Program-made: the position numbers and the translations under genes
Assembly (NCBI RefSeq): GCF_022045235.1
Contig: NW_027266274.1
Span: forward strand, 17,174,001 to 17,238,000
From: Haliotis cracherodii
Taxonomy: Eukaryota
Direction: 5' to 3'
Length of the DNA: 64,000 bases
Shown here: one piece after another, positions 23,801-35,802 of the stretch
Layout of the letters: each line of letters begins with the position of its first letter
Numbering within the stretch: the stretch's first letter is position 1
The notes under the pieces: model-generated
Database searches by the model: none
The model's input: the letters and a program-made list of their open reading frames with translations, nothing else
Told to the model about the DNA's origin: nothing

Positions 23801-26766
23801 AGGTGGGGTGGCTACATCTCTGTACAGCTGTACCTGAATGAGGTGAAGTGGCTACATCACTGTACAGCTGTACCTGAATGAGGTGGGGTGGCTACATCAC
23901 TGTACAGCTGTACCTGAATGAGGTGGGGTGGTTACACCATTGTACAGCTGTACCTGAATGAGGTGGGGTGGCTACATCACTGTACAGCTGTACCTGAATG
24001 AGGTGGGGTGGCTACATCACTGTACAGCTGTACCTGAATGAGGTGAGGTGGCTACACCCCTGTACAGCTGTACTTGAATGAGGTGGGGTGGCTACATCAC
24101 TGTACAGCTGTACCTGAATGAGGTGGGGTGGTTACACCATTGTACAGCTGTACTTGAATGAGGTGAGGTGGCTACATCACTGTACAGCTGTACCTGAATG
24201 AGGTGAGGTGGCTACATCACTTTACAGCTGTACCTGAAAGAGGTGGGCCGGTTACACCATTGTACAGCTATACTTGAATGAGGTGAGGTTGTTACACCAT
24301 GGTACAGCTATACCTGAATGAGGTGAGGTGGCTACACCACTGTACAGCTGTACCTGAATGAGGTTGGGTGGTTACACCATTGTACAGCTGTACTTGAATG
24401 AGGTGGGTTGTCTACATTACTGTACAGCTGTACCTGAATGAGGTGGGGTGTCTACATTACTGTACAGCTGTATCCAAATGAGGTGAGGTGGCTACACCAT
24501 TGTACAGCTGTACCTAACTGTGGTGAGGTGGCTACACCCCTGTACAGCTGTATTTGAATGAGGTGGGGTGGCTACATCACTGTACAGCTGTACCTGAATG
24601 AGGTGAGGTGGCTACATCACAGTACAGCTGTACCTGAATGAGGTGAAGTGGCTACATCACTGTACAGCTGTACCTGAATGAGGTGAGGTGGCTACATCAC
24701 TGTACAGCTGTACCTGAATGAGGTGAAGTGGCTACATCACTGTACAGCAGTACGTGAATGAGGTGGGGTGGCTACATCTCTGTACAGCTGTACCTGAATG
24801 AGGTGAAGTGGCTACATCACTGTACAGCTGTACCTGAATGAGGTAGGGTGGTTACATCATTGTACAGCTGTACCTGACTGGTGAGGTGGCTACATCACTG
24901 TACAGCTGTACCTGAATGAGGTGGGGTGGTTACACCATTGTACAGCTGTACTTGAATGAGGTGAGGTGGCTACATCACAGTACAGCTGTACCTGAATGAG
25001 GTGAGGTGGCTTCATCACTGTACAGCTGTACTTGAATGAGGTGGCAGGGGTGGCTACATCACTGTACAGCTGTATCTGAATGAGGTGGGTGGCTACATCA
25101 TTGTACAGCTGTATCTGAATGAGACGAGGGTGGCTTTGCTACATCACTGTACAGCTGTACTTGACTAAGGTGAGTGGGATGGCTTCATCATTTTCGACGT
25201 CTCCTCTCAAACCCGTGTTTTTAAGAAGCTGGCAGCGTGTGTAGATTACGCTGAAATTCAGATCCAGGAGACTTTACTGCTTTCAACATTGAGATTATTG
25301 AAAACTAAGACCGGTTATTCTCGAGCATTGCAGTTGTATATTTACAGGGCTTCCAAGGAGGATGCACAACGTTCTTTTCCAGTGATGCTTTACAAAAGGT
25401 GCCAGTTGTCCCAAAGAAAGGTACAGTAGTACAATAGTTACAGAATATTCCACCCGTCCGTTAGCTGTAAACCTACAAACTCTTCTTCATCTTCATAATG
25501 ACTACACTTATCAATATCAAATTACCACGCCACGCCTCGCCTCCACTCACCACCGCACCACACCACACGTTGTACAGTTCCGAACAAAAAGAAACTGGTA
25601 TTTAATTTTTAAATTTGTTCTAGAACAAATACATTGACACATAACTGTTACGTTCAAAATATATGCGTGTTTTGAAGCAGTGCCAGAGGGATCGAAGTAC
25701 CTTGTCTCTTATCCCACCCCTACCACGCCAGAATGGTCCATGACGTTTGATTTCATTTGCTTCATCTGAATGTGTTCGACACGTATTAACTATATATTTG
25801 TGCTACAATTATTTCCTGTTTCATTCACAAAATGTCCATGCAAAGAAAATCTGCGTCTCCCCTCCAGACCTTAATCACAGCAATATTTGTATTCTATTGT
25901 GTATGTCAATGTTTATAACTTTTCATTATAACTAGTCCTGTTCATCTGTTGTACTCTGCCCCCTGTGGGGGGGCGGTCGGGTAGCCTAGTGGTTAAAGCG
26001 TTCGCTCGTCAAGCCGAAGACCCGGGTTCGATTCCCGACATGGGTACAATGTATGAAGCCCATTTCTGGTGTCCCCCGCCGTGATTTTGCTGGAATATTG
26101 CTCAAAGCGGCGTAAAACCAAACTCACTCACTCACTCACTGCCCCCTGTGCGTGTTGTCTTCTTCTTCTGCCTGTAGCACATGATAGTAGCAGGTGTGAA
26201 AGAGTTGCTTTGGCTTATGAACATCGCACAAAGAAACATTCAAGCAGGTCTATCTTTCAGTCATTGTAAAAATATCCCAAACGTATAGAAAAAGTTAATA
26301 CAAGAAGATGTTCAGATGAATATTAATTGTATCCTTATGGAAGGGTCGCTGTAAGATGGGCTGGGTTGTCAAAAGCTGGGGTGTCGTCACACAAGCTTTA
26401 TATCACCGAAGAAAGGCGAGCTTGTACCTCTGGTGAAGGTAGTTGCTTCAGTATTGTACGCCTTATAGTGATGCAGACTGAAAAAAGCCCATTGATGCAG
26501 GTTTGAAAACATTGTGGGATTCGTCCATGTTGTGTAGAAAGAAGTAAGAACACATTGATGCAAGTTGCTGGTAAACTACTAGATGTGTTGCTGTATTTTG
26601 ATGTTTGACCTTACGCCTGTCACCGTCCCCTGCAGGGTCAGCGCTGATATTCCAACACGACATTCTCCACGAGGGGTCGGAGGTGACGGAGGGACTGAAG
26701 TACGCGGTCAGGACAGACGTCATGTACTCGGCAGAGCGAGTAACAGATTCTCCGAGGATGAAGTAA
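17873..26766 (+). CDS. 2OG-Fe(II) oxygenase, prolyl 4-hydroxylase-like (P4Hc / 2OG-FeII_Oxy_3 type), multi-exon
   Basis: Phase-compatible exons 17873-17971, 20887(or 20896)-20957, 22484-22624, 22968-23082, 25348-25420, 26636-26766. They give ...LAFVLENVLSPA-ECQWFIEKTEKKGYKRALIN...VRNSSRYMWDS...GLNERLRFLRYEPGEYFRIHKDG...SYITVQLYLNEGFQGGCTTF...PKKGSALIFQHDILHEGSEVTEGLKYAVRTDVMY...RMK*, with HxD...H and K/R co-substrate motif. Start uncertain: possible exon 17715-17751 spliced to 17853. Expected acceptor of the ECQ exon reads TG instead of AG. Confidence 0.88.
18340..20852. repeat. 41-bp pyrimidine-rich intronic minisatellite, about 61 copies
   Basis: Unit CCCTCCCTGTTTCACCTCTTCCCTTCCTCACTACACTCCAC; it explains the 875-aa ORF. 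Confidence 0.96.
20980..22390. repeat. 65-bp minisatellite, split by a 40-bp array
   Basis: Unit AAGGAAACATGTGACAGTTCCTTGTACTGAAGGTGGTAGATATATCAGATACAAGACACATCACT at about 20980-21200 and 21965-22390. Confidence 0.9.
21215..21962. repeat. 40-bp minisatellite (exon-end/splice-donor derived), upstream array, about 19 copies
   Basis: Unit GCTACATCACTGTACAGCTGTACTTGAATGAGGTGAGGTG, the same as 23051-25175. Confidence 0.93.
23051..25175. repeat. 40-bp minisatellite whose first unit is the 3' end of a coding exon plus its donor site, about 53 copies
   Basis: The first unit, 23051-23090, encodes (S)YITVQLYLNE followed by GTGAGGTG. Confidence 0.96.
25968..26138 (+). mobile_element. tRNA-derived SINE family 2
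   Basis: A box TAGCCTAGTGG, B box GGTTCGATTCC, tail GCTGGAATATTGCT..GCGGCGTAAAAC(CACT)n. 12-bp TSD CTGCCCCCTGTG. Confidence 0.9.
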
Positions 26767-26990
26767 ACTCCCTGACATGATGAAGTAAACCCCCTGACAT
26801 GATGAAGTAAACTCCCTGACATGATGAAGTAAATTCCCCAACATGATGATGTAAACTCCCTGACATGATGAAGTAAACTCCCTGACATGATGAAGTAAAC
26901 TCCTCTAGGATGAAGTAAACTCCTCTAGGATGAAGTAAACTCCCTGACATGATGAAGTTAACTCCCAAACATGATGAAGTAAACTCCCCG
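26757..26990. repeat. 22-bp minisatellite seeded on the oxygenase stop codon
   Basis: Unit GATGAAGTAAACTCCCTGACAT; the first unit contains ATG AAG TAA, the end of the CDS. Confidence 0.88.
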
Positions 26991-28005
26991 TCAGTTTACA
27001 TTGCACTATATGATATACCAGTTTATGTTGACATCTTTAGTGCATCCTGTTGACATCATTAGTGCATCCTGTTGATTGTTTAGTGAATGTTATGTAGCCA
27101 GCTACAAAAGTATCAGTTGTGTGCCTTCAGCAGTGCCGCTGTGGTACTCTCCCTACATTAGACACCCAACCAGTGCATGTCGTCATCCCCAGGAGTCACG
27201 CAGACCACTGGTTGATAGCATGAGCAATGTCCACTTCGTTGGCACGACGACACACAATCTGTTGTGTCACTCCTGTGCCCACGAGATCCTCATCCTGTCT
27301 TAACTGCGATGGACGTGCGTGTGTGTCGAGGAAGGGGGTGGGGATGGGGCTGGGGGTGGGGGTGGGGGTCGTGGGTTAAGGGTTAAGGGGGTACGTCTGA
27401 CAGTGATATCTGCTCAAAGACAGTAAAGGTGACAAGACAGTGAAGGGGTCCAAGTTTTCCAGGCATAAAAAAATCTTCTTCTGAATGCAACTTGTCCAAA
27501 TTTCTCCAGTAAGTAGGCAGGCTTACATTTACATATTTATGCCGATCAGTTATATCTGCTTTCACGTGATTGGTCGAATTTCAGTGTCATTTCTGCAGTT
27601 ATTGATGGATTCACATTAACACATCGGTGATGTATGTATATTTTTGTGTGAAGTAATTGGCTGAATTTCCAATGGTATCAACTCCATCGAATGTTGCCTG
27701 AGATGAAGTTGTTGTCGTTATTGTGACCTTGTTCAAACCCTTCCGGGTATTTTCTATTTCTGGTTTTGGTATTAAACGTTTCCACATGATAGTATTGTTT
27801 CACTTCCACAGCCGTAACACAACAAGAGTGAATGAGTATAGTTTTAAGCCACTTTTAGCACTATTCCAGCAATGTCACGGCGGGATGAGAAGGATGTCGT
27901 TCACGTTATTTGATCAGGGCGCACGTGACGTGTCAGGCATGGAGCAGGCCATGTTCGTCATTATATAAACAGTAAACACGTTTGAAATGTTTAACAACAA
28001 CAATG

Positions 28006-29572
28006 GTGTCCCCAAAAATGTTAAATGCATTAGAATCCATTTATTCCTGTGTTTAAAGCTGTGTTAAGATCAGAAATTGTTTTACAGAATGTTTTGATTG
28101 CCCTCTAGGCTGCGTAATGAGTCCATTTTTATTTTCTATTTTTATAAACGACTTAGCTTTGTATATAGAATCAACATGCACTCCAGGTGTGCAGCTACAC
28201 CCTGACACTGTACAGATGTTCCTATTGTTGTTTGCTGATGATGTTGCATTTATTGCTGATACTGTGTATGGCCTTCAAAAACGCATAAAAGCTCTGGAAA
28301 GTTTTTGTAGTAACCATCATCTAACAGTCAACTTGGATAAAACTAAGGTAGTGGTATTTAAAAATTGGGGTATTTTATCAAAATATGAAAAGTGGTATTA
28401 CGAGGGTCAAAAACTTCAGTGTGTAAGTTCTATTAAATATCTCGGTACCATTCTTTCAAAAACTCTCTCCTGGTCTTTGCATGTTAATAGTGCTGCTTTA
28501 CAAGCTAAAAAGGTCCTATTTGGTGTCATTAAATCTCTAAAATTGCTTCAACCTCTTCCTTATGCCTTGTTTTTCAAAACATTTTATTCTAAAATATCTC
28601 CAATTCTTTTATACGGTGCCGAGATTTGGGGCGTAGATACTTACAAAGAATTAGAGCAAACCCAGGTACTAGCATGTAAACGCTTTCTTGGGCTTAAACA
28701 ATCTTCATCAAATCATGTGGTTAGGGGGGGAATGCGAAAGGTATCCTATGTACATATGTGCTTATAAGCGTGTAGTTACTTATTGGTACAGAATTTTACA
28801 TTTGCCTGAAAATAGATTAGTTAAGAAATAATATAGATTATTAGTACTTAATGTTAAACATGGTAAGATCAACTGGGTCTCTAAAATCAAACACATTCTC
28901 TACTCGTTTGTTTTTGGCTACATATGGGAGATGCAATTTAGTAATAATAGTAGAAGTTTTATTTCGGAATTTGTAAACCGTTTAAAAGCCTCATCTGAGC
29001 AAGATTGGCATACAGCTGTTTCATCTAGCACTAAATCCCAAAGTTACTCTCTTTACAAAATTTCATTTGGCTTAGAAAGCTATATCAATGTAGTAAATGT
29101 TTCAAAATTCAGAGCTGCACTTGCTCAGTTGAGATGCTCCTCCCATCGGCTGCGAATTGAGACCGGTCGATATATTAAGGAAATCAGAGAACAGAGACTG
29201 TTTGATTTGTAACCAGAATTTTATAGAGGACGAATATCATTTTGTGCTTATATGCCACGCTTATAGTGATTTAAGAGCTGAACATATTCCTCCTAAATAT
29301 TTTACAACCCCATCTAAAAATAAATTTAATGCTCTTGTCATCCACTAACTTTAAAATCATACGAAATCTAGCAACCTACGTTTACAAAGCTTTTCGACTT
29401 CGTTCATTGCATACAGTCTAAATATTTATTTGTATATATGCATGTGTATGTGTATGAATGTGTATGGATATACATGTAAAATAGTGGTAATTCTTTTTTC
29501 TCCCTCTCTCTGTAAATAGGTCTGTGTAATAGGCCTACGGCCTAACACTTTTTGTGAACAAACAATATATAT
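28006..29572 (+). mobile_element. 5'-truncated, degenerate non-LTR retrotransposon (RTE-X-like) RT and C-terminal zinc finger
   Basis: SPFLFSIFINDL...LLFADD...VNLDKTKVVVF...YLG; LRCSSHRLRIETGRY; CN..IEDEYHFVLIC. 3' hairpin TAGGCCTACGGCCTA; TSD AACAACAATG (27996-28005, 29573-29582). Confidence 0.88.
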
Positions 29573-29801
29573 AACAACAATGAAATGTACTTCAAGTCCA
29601 AGCCAAATTTTGCTGATGCTGATGCTCAGGAAGATGTGAAACAGAGATTAGAACACAAAGACACTCTGAAACTAAGTACTCCTTGTCCATCGCTAGAAAC
29701 TTGGCTTCGAAAAAATCAAGCAAAACAGTAAATATATTGAACACAGTATGTCTCTAAATTTAAGTGATAATTCTTCACAGATATTGAGAATACATTCCGC
29801 A

Positions 29802-30113
29802 TCACCCCACCGGAATGAGGTTTCCTGCGCTCACGGCCCGGAGCGAGTCCACATAGATCCACTCCATGGCGCGGTACGGAGCCAACAGCTTGCAGTAGTA
29901 CACGCCCCCGTAGGAGCCGCGAGTCGTCACGAGGGAGGGGGAGGTTACCTCCAGCGCATTCACAGTTTCCTTCGACTGCAAGTTCCTTGCAACCCATTGG
30001 GCGCCCGTACCGGTTTTAACGTCGTTTTCGAAAACCATTCTCCTCACTGCACGTTTCTGGTAGCGAGTCCTAGCCACGCTGGAGGAAGAGCTGAGAGCCA
30101 GTTGGAAAGCAGC
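29802..30113 (-). CDS. Duplicated terminal exon (7b) of alpha/beta-hydrolase B: candidate alternative last exon or remnant of a third paralog
   Basis: Intact CACACAG acceptor, phase 0, 103 codons AAFQLAL...YYCKLLAPYRAMEWIYVDSLRAVSAGNLIPVG*. No upstream exons of its own were found between 30.1 and 36.4 kb. Confidence 0.7.
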   Translation of the reverse strand, partial: AAFQLALSSSSSVARTRYQKRAVRRMVFENDVKTGTGAQWVARNLQSKETVNALEVTSPSLVTTRGSYGGVYYCKLLAPYRAMEWIYVDSLRAVSAGNLIPVG

Positions 30114-30130
30114 CTGTGTGTAGAGGGTCA

Positions 30131-30945
30131 ACACACCATGTACAACAATCTCCACCCAGCGTCATGTCATGTGCAACTATTGCCATACAGGGACACACCA
30201 TGTACAACAATCTCCACACAGAGACACACCGTGTACAACAATCTCCATACAGAGACACACCTTGTACAACAATCTCCACACAGAGACACACCGTGTACAA
30301 CAATCTCCATACAGAGACACACCATGTACAACAATCTCCATACAGAGACACACCATGTACAACAATCTCCACACAGAGACACACCATGTACAACATTCTC
30401 CATACAGAGACACACCATGAACAACAATCTCCATACAGAGACATACCATGTACAACAATCTCCATACAGAGACACACCATGAACAACAATCTCCACACAG
30501 AGACATACCTTGTACCACAATCTCCATACAGAGACACACCATGAACAACAATCTCCATACTGAGACACACCATGTACAACAATCTCCATACAGAGACACA
30601 CCATATACAACAATCTCCATACAGAAACACACCATGTACAACAATCTCCATACAGAGACACACCATGTACAACAATCTCCATACAGAGACACACCATGAA
30701 CAACAATCTCCACACAGAAACACACCATGTACAACAATCTCCACACAGAGACACACCATGTACAACAATCTCCATACAGAGACACACCTTGTACATCAAT
30801 CTCCATACAGAGACACACCTTGTACAACAATCTCCACACAGAGACACACCATGTACAACAATCTCCATACAGAGACACACCATTAACAACAATCTCCACA
30901 CAGAGACACACCTTGTACAACAATCTCCATACAGAGACACGCCAT
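30131..30945. repeat. 31-bp minisatellite
   Basis: Unit CACACCATGTACAACAATCTCCATACAGAGA, about 26 copies; same family as 36831-37395. Confidence 0.95.
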
Positions 30946-33900
30946 GATGCTCAGTACAGCAAAACATTATACATGAAAGTTATGAGAAATGTTTACAAAA
31001 ATACGAATCATATTTGCAGTCAGAACTAATCACATTCAACCAACTCGAGATGCAGCAGCAATAATGTTGCCTTTCCATTTATACGGTGTCTAAATCAATT
31101 TCTTGCAAAGTACATTAAACTTTGGTTTTTGTTGTTTATTTTATGAAGAATAGTCAGTGGATAATGATCAGTGTACATTTGTATAGGAAACATCTGTCGT
31201 ACCCTAGTACACTTTAAATTTTGTAAAGCTTACAACAGAGCAAGGGTCTCATTTTGAATGGTGAAATAATGTCTCTGATGTTTGTCAAATTTTCGTAAAT
31301 AATAACAAACAGGATAATCAAAGTATTATGCTTCTTCCTGCTATACGATGCCTGCTCCAGCACCAATGTCACTGGCATCTACAGCTACTTTGAAAGATAT
31401 TTTAAAGTTGGGTGCCCGGAGACCAGAACAATTCACGAGAATGGCTTTAATTTTCTTAAAAGCAGACTGAAAATTGCTGTCCCAAACAAATTTCACCTTT
31501 GTGCCAAGCAAATCAGTGAGAGGGGCCACCACGTGTGAGAGATTTGGACAAAATCGACAGTAGTAACCAGCCATATCCAGACATCTCAAAAGTTCCTTTT
31601 TGTTTTGTAGATCTGGGAATTTTGAAATAACTTTCATCTTTGCTTGTACGGGCTGCACCTGACATTGTGCGTGTGCAAATTGTAACAGTCAACTTGGCTT
31701 CAGTGAGTGTCTCCTCGAAGAAGGCAAGGATCCTCTTCAGGTGTTCGTTCCACTCCATGGAATGATAGATGACATCGTCAACATTGACTTTGACACCTTC
31801 AAGATTGGCCGTGATGTCAGTGTCCAGCATGTACTGAATCTCCTTCTTCAGAGCTTTAAGCTAGATTGGATTCATCCGATAGGGATGTTGTTTTACAGGC
31901 ACAGAGTCTCCTACATCTACATCATGAAATATGTTTACACACTAAATCTGTACGGCCAGGTACATCCGTGAACAAGTGAACAAACTCTTCAATTAACTCT
32001 GACACTTGGGTGTTTTGCTCAGATGACAAATGACTTAACTTATCATCCAAGTTAGCTAACACTTCAGAATTTTAAGTTAGGGCTCGCATAATCAGCAATG
32101 CCATCACACTTGACAAACTCTTAATTATCATCAGCATCACAGCCTGATGCAATATGCATAGGAGAAACAGTGGCAACACACTAAGTGGGTACATTGCCAT
32201 GTCTTTCATGATACTTTCTAATCATATTGACATGACAAAGCTGTGTCTTTTTACGACGGCCTGGTGTTTGTACAGCATAGTCAATATCACTGATTTCTCT
32301 GTCAAAACCATACGGACCGTTGTACCTAGCATGTAATTATTGACCAGGGATTGGAAAAAACACTCCGACTTTATCGCTAGGACTGACATTTCTCGCGTGA
32401 GACTTTTTGTCATAATGTATTTTCATTTTGTCCTTGGATACCTTAAAGTTTTCACTAGCAACTTCACAAGTTTTTGAGAGCCTAGCCTGAAATGATGAGA
32501 CATGCTCCAACAAACCCATTTCAGACTTATCATTCAGCCAATACCCCTTCAAGTGCCTTAACGGTCCACGGTACAGCCAAAGACAAGGTCAAAAGACCTA
32601 GGGGCTCCTGAACTGACTCCATCATAGCAACAACACTAAATGAATGCCTTCATCCAATTCCTTCTCAGTCTCAAAACAGTAGGTCCGTATCATATTCTTA
32701 AGAGTCTGATGAAATCTCTCTAAAACCCCTTGAGATTCTGAGTGGACTTAATCTGAGTGGTGAAGAACTATACAAAAGCCTTGATAATAACTTGAGCTGT
32801 AGTTTTCCATAAAGGAATAGCCTCTGGAATCCTCGTGGAAGTACACATGATAGTGAGCATGTACTGCTTTCCTGACTTAGTTTTAGGCAAAAGGACCAAC
32901 ACAATCAATGATGACTTTACTGAAAGGTTCCCCCAAAGCTGGACTGGGTTCAAAGGGGTGGCTGGGATTTTCTGATAAGGTTTGTCAACCATTTGACACA
33001 CGTGGCACGTTTTGCAAAATTCAGACACATCATGCCGCAAATGAGGCCATAAGAAATGGGACACAGTTTACCCAATATACCGCCTGTAATATCACTAACT
33101 GCCCCCTACCCAGAACTGGTTCCTCAAGCGCCAAACTGTCAGAATTTTTATTACTTTCCTTTGAAAAGAGAATGAACCATAAAAGTGCCAGCCAACTCAG
33201 AACTGGAATCATTCTCAGAAGAGCTTTGTTTAGCCATAGCATGAGTAACATCACCCGAAGAGAAAATACCTGGAATTTCTTTTTCAAGATTTTCAGTACC
33301 TTCCGAAGTGCTTGGCTGAAGACAAATAACAGGGTCCCCCAACCACCTCCCCCCTACCAAATAATACCCAATGAGCTTGTCTACACCCTTAACAGGTAGG
33401 GGCTCTACAACACCCACCTTGACCAACCCAGACACCAAAATCTGTCTTAAAATTCACCGAATGGAGAGGTTAACAGGTATAGCCACATAAACCCTCTCAC
33501 AAAACCTCAGGGTCATCTGATGACTCCTCAGAAAGTGGTAAATAACCATCCAAAATTAGAGTTTGAAGAGCACCAGTATCCCTCAAAGCGGTAACGGGCT
33601 TAACAGTAGAACTGTCAGCTTAGCTGACACAAACTTTTACTCATATAAGGTAAGTACTCCTCTCACAACAGACTCCTCTCACCGACAGACTTTGATTACT
33701 CATCTACATCAGCTAATTCCTCATTAGCCGAACCCCAAAAGGTTGTGACTTGACATCCACAAAAGCATTCGGGGAAGAATGGCTGTTTTTGAAAGCTCCA
33801 AAATGATATACCCTGGCTTACGGTAATATCTACAAGTAAGCTCTGACGAAAATCTAGGGACCAACTGGAGTAGATGTTTTGTCAACAAACTCAGAACCAG

Positions 33901-35369
33901 ACTTGTTAGAACTAGATCAATTAGCGGGTGGACTAGCCTTTCCTGATGTGTAATATGTCTGTAACTCCTGCCTGTAAACCCTGACTCCTTAAAACTAACC
34001 CTGTTAATAATCGTCAGCCAGAGCAGCAGCCTTGCGTAACTGATCCACTTTCTGCTCATCAAGTTGTCTGAATGTCCATTGACACACACTACTTAAAATC
34101 CTGTCAGCAAGACCTTTGAAGTACAGCACCTATCAAACAGAGTTTCCACCTCCCTTGCAAACCCAACAAAAGTAGTAAAACCATCGCTTCTTAGCAGACC
34201 TAAACTTTTGCCTGTAAGCTTCAGGAACCAATTCATAAGCCTTCAAAACTTCAGCCTAAGAAACAACCTGATAATCAGAATGCCTATCAATGGGTAAAGT
34301 ACAATACACGTCTTGAGCATTTACCCTGAACACACTTTGCAACAACATGGTCCATTGATCCTGCGGCCATTCGAAACTGTATACTACCTTTTCAAAATGT
34401 AGGAAAACTTTCTCCACATCACATTCAGAGAATTGCGGAACAAGTCTAATCTGCTTGGAAAGATCAACCGATCCATCACATCACCTGTTGAGGTACGGGG
34501 GAGAGATATCATTCTGTAATTCAATTTGCTTCAGTTTAATTTCTTTATAGGTTTCAATTTCTATTTGCTTACTCAGAAATTCACTCTCTTCTTTTTCTTT
34601 CTCAGCTTCCAATTTCAAATTTTCTTTTTCATTCTTAACATCAATTTCTTTAAGCCAAAATTCTTTCTTATTCTCAACTTCGATTCTTGACCTTTCTTTA
34701 CATTTTTTAAGCCAAATTTCAATAGACATTTTTTCTCTTCCAAATTATAATTTCTTCAAAGCCAAAACATAAGTCTTTTATTAAAGCAAGGTCAATCATC
34801 TTCATTCAAATGTTTTCCCCAATCAGGTAAGTTATCAAGATGTTCTTGCCATTAGCCTTAAGCATACCCGATTTGATATCAAGTTTGTAATGTCTGGCCA
34901 ATTCGACCAGTTCAGACTTTTTGAGCATACAGACTTGTTTCGTTGAAGGTTGGCTAACGGATTCCAATTCACAAAAAACACAGTGATTGTTGGCTTCGCA
35001 CAGTATTAGACATTAAAATCTTTCTCCAAATTTGTGTACAAATACTTTGTGATATATTTAATTTCTATCCCGGACGAGCCCCAAATTTCTGTTACATGTC
35101 GATTCCCAAATTGATACACAATTTACAAATGTATTACACAATTCACTAGGTTTACAAAAAAATACAATTACAATGGCAGTACACAATAGAGAGGTAATAC
35201 AATATTCATTGGCAAATATATAATATGATAGCCGTGTTCAGTATCAACTACAAAAATAACAAAAGTAATAATAGTATATTCACCCAGCGGCGACAGTTGT
35301 CAAACTTCAGAGATGAGCCTTGGCAGGGAATCAGGATGGGGGATCTACTCACGAACGCTGGTCTTGATG

Positions 35370-35802
35370 TTTGTTTGTTTGTTTGTTGTTTAACGCCGCA
35401 CTCAGCAATATTCCAGCTATATGATGGCGGTCTGTAAATAATCGAGTCTGAGCCAGACAAGGCAGTGATTAATATCATTAGCATCGATCAACGTGTAGCG
35501 GCCATAAAATGTCCGAGTCCCGTTATGGGATTCGAACCACGGACCTTCAGATCCGAGGTCGGATGCCTTGTCCACATGACCAAAGAGGTTAACCCCGTCA
35601 GCAAGCTGACAAGGTAAGGATGCCATCTGTGGGATGACTCCACGCCCTGCTACACACGCAGTTGGGATCGATGACATGCATCAACCAAGTCAGCGAGTCT
35701 GACCACCCGATCCCGTTAGTCTCCTCTTACGACAAGCATAGTCCCCTTTCACAGCAAGCATGGGTTGCTGAAGACCTAGTCTACCCCGGATCGTCACGGG
35801 TC
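35370..35802 (-). mobile_element. SINE family 1 inserted in the Gypsy LTR region
   Basis: Same head and tail as 3675-3940; interrupted by 35494-35654. Confidence 0.85.
35494..35654 (-). mobile_element. 161-bp solo-LTR-like element containing a tRNA-like (Arg-TCG-like) Pol III module
   Basis: TGTAGC...GCTACA termini and 4-bp TSD AACG/CACG. Internal TGGTCATGTGG (A box), CCTCGGA loop and GGTTCGAATCC (B box) on the - strand. Confidence 0.65.

Noticed and set aside
25968-26045. tRNA-Asp gene (also 47986, and Leu-like at 42092 and 61522)
   Set aside because: Heads of SINEs with bodies, tails and TSDs; cloverleaf pairing is degenerate.
30070-31029. Cluster of Cys- or His-rich ORFs, also at 36770-37534
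   Set aside because: All six frames of a 31-bp minisatellite.
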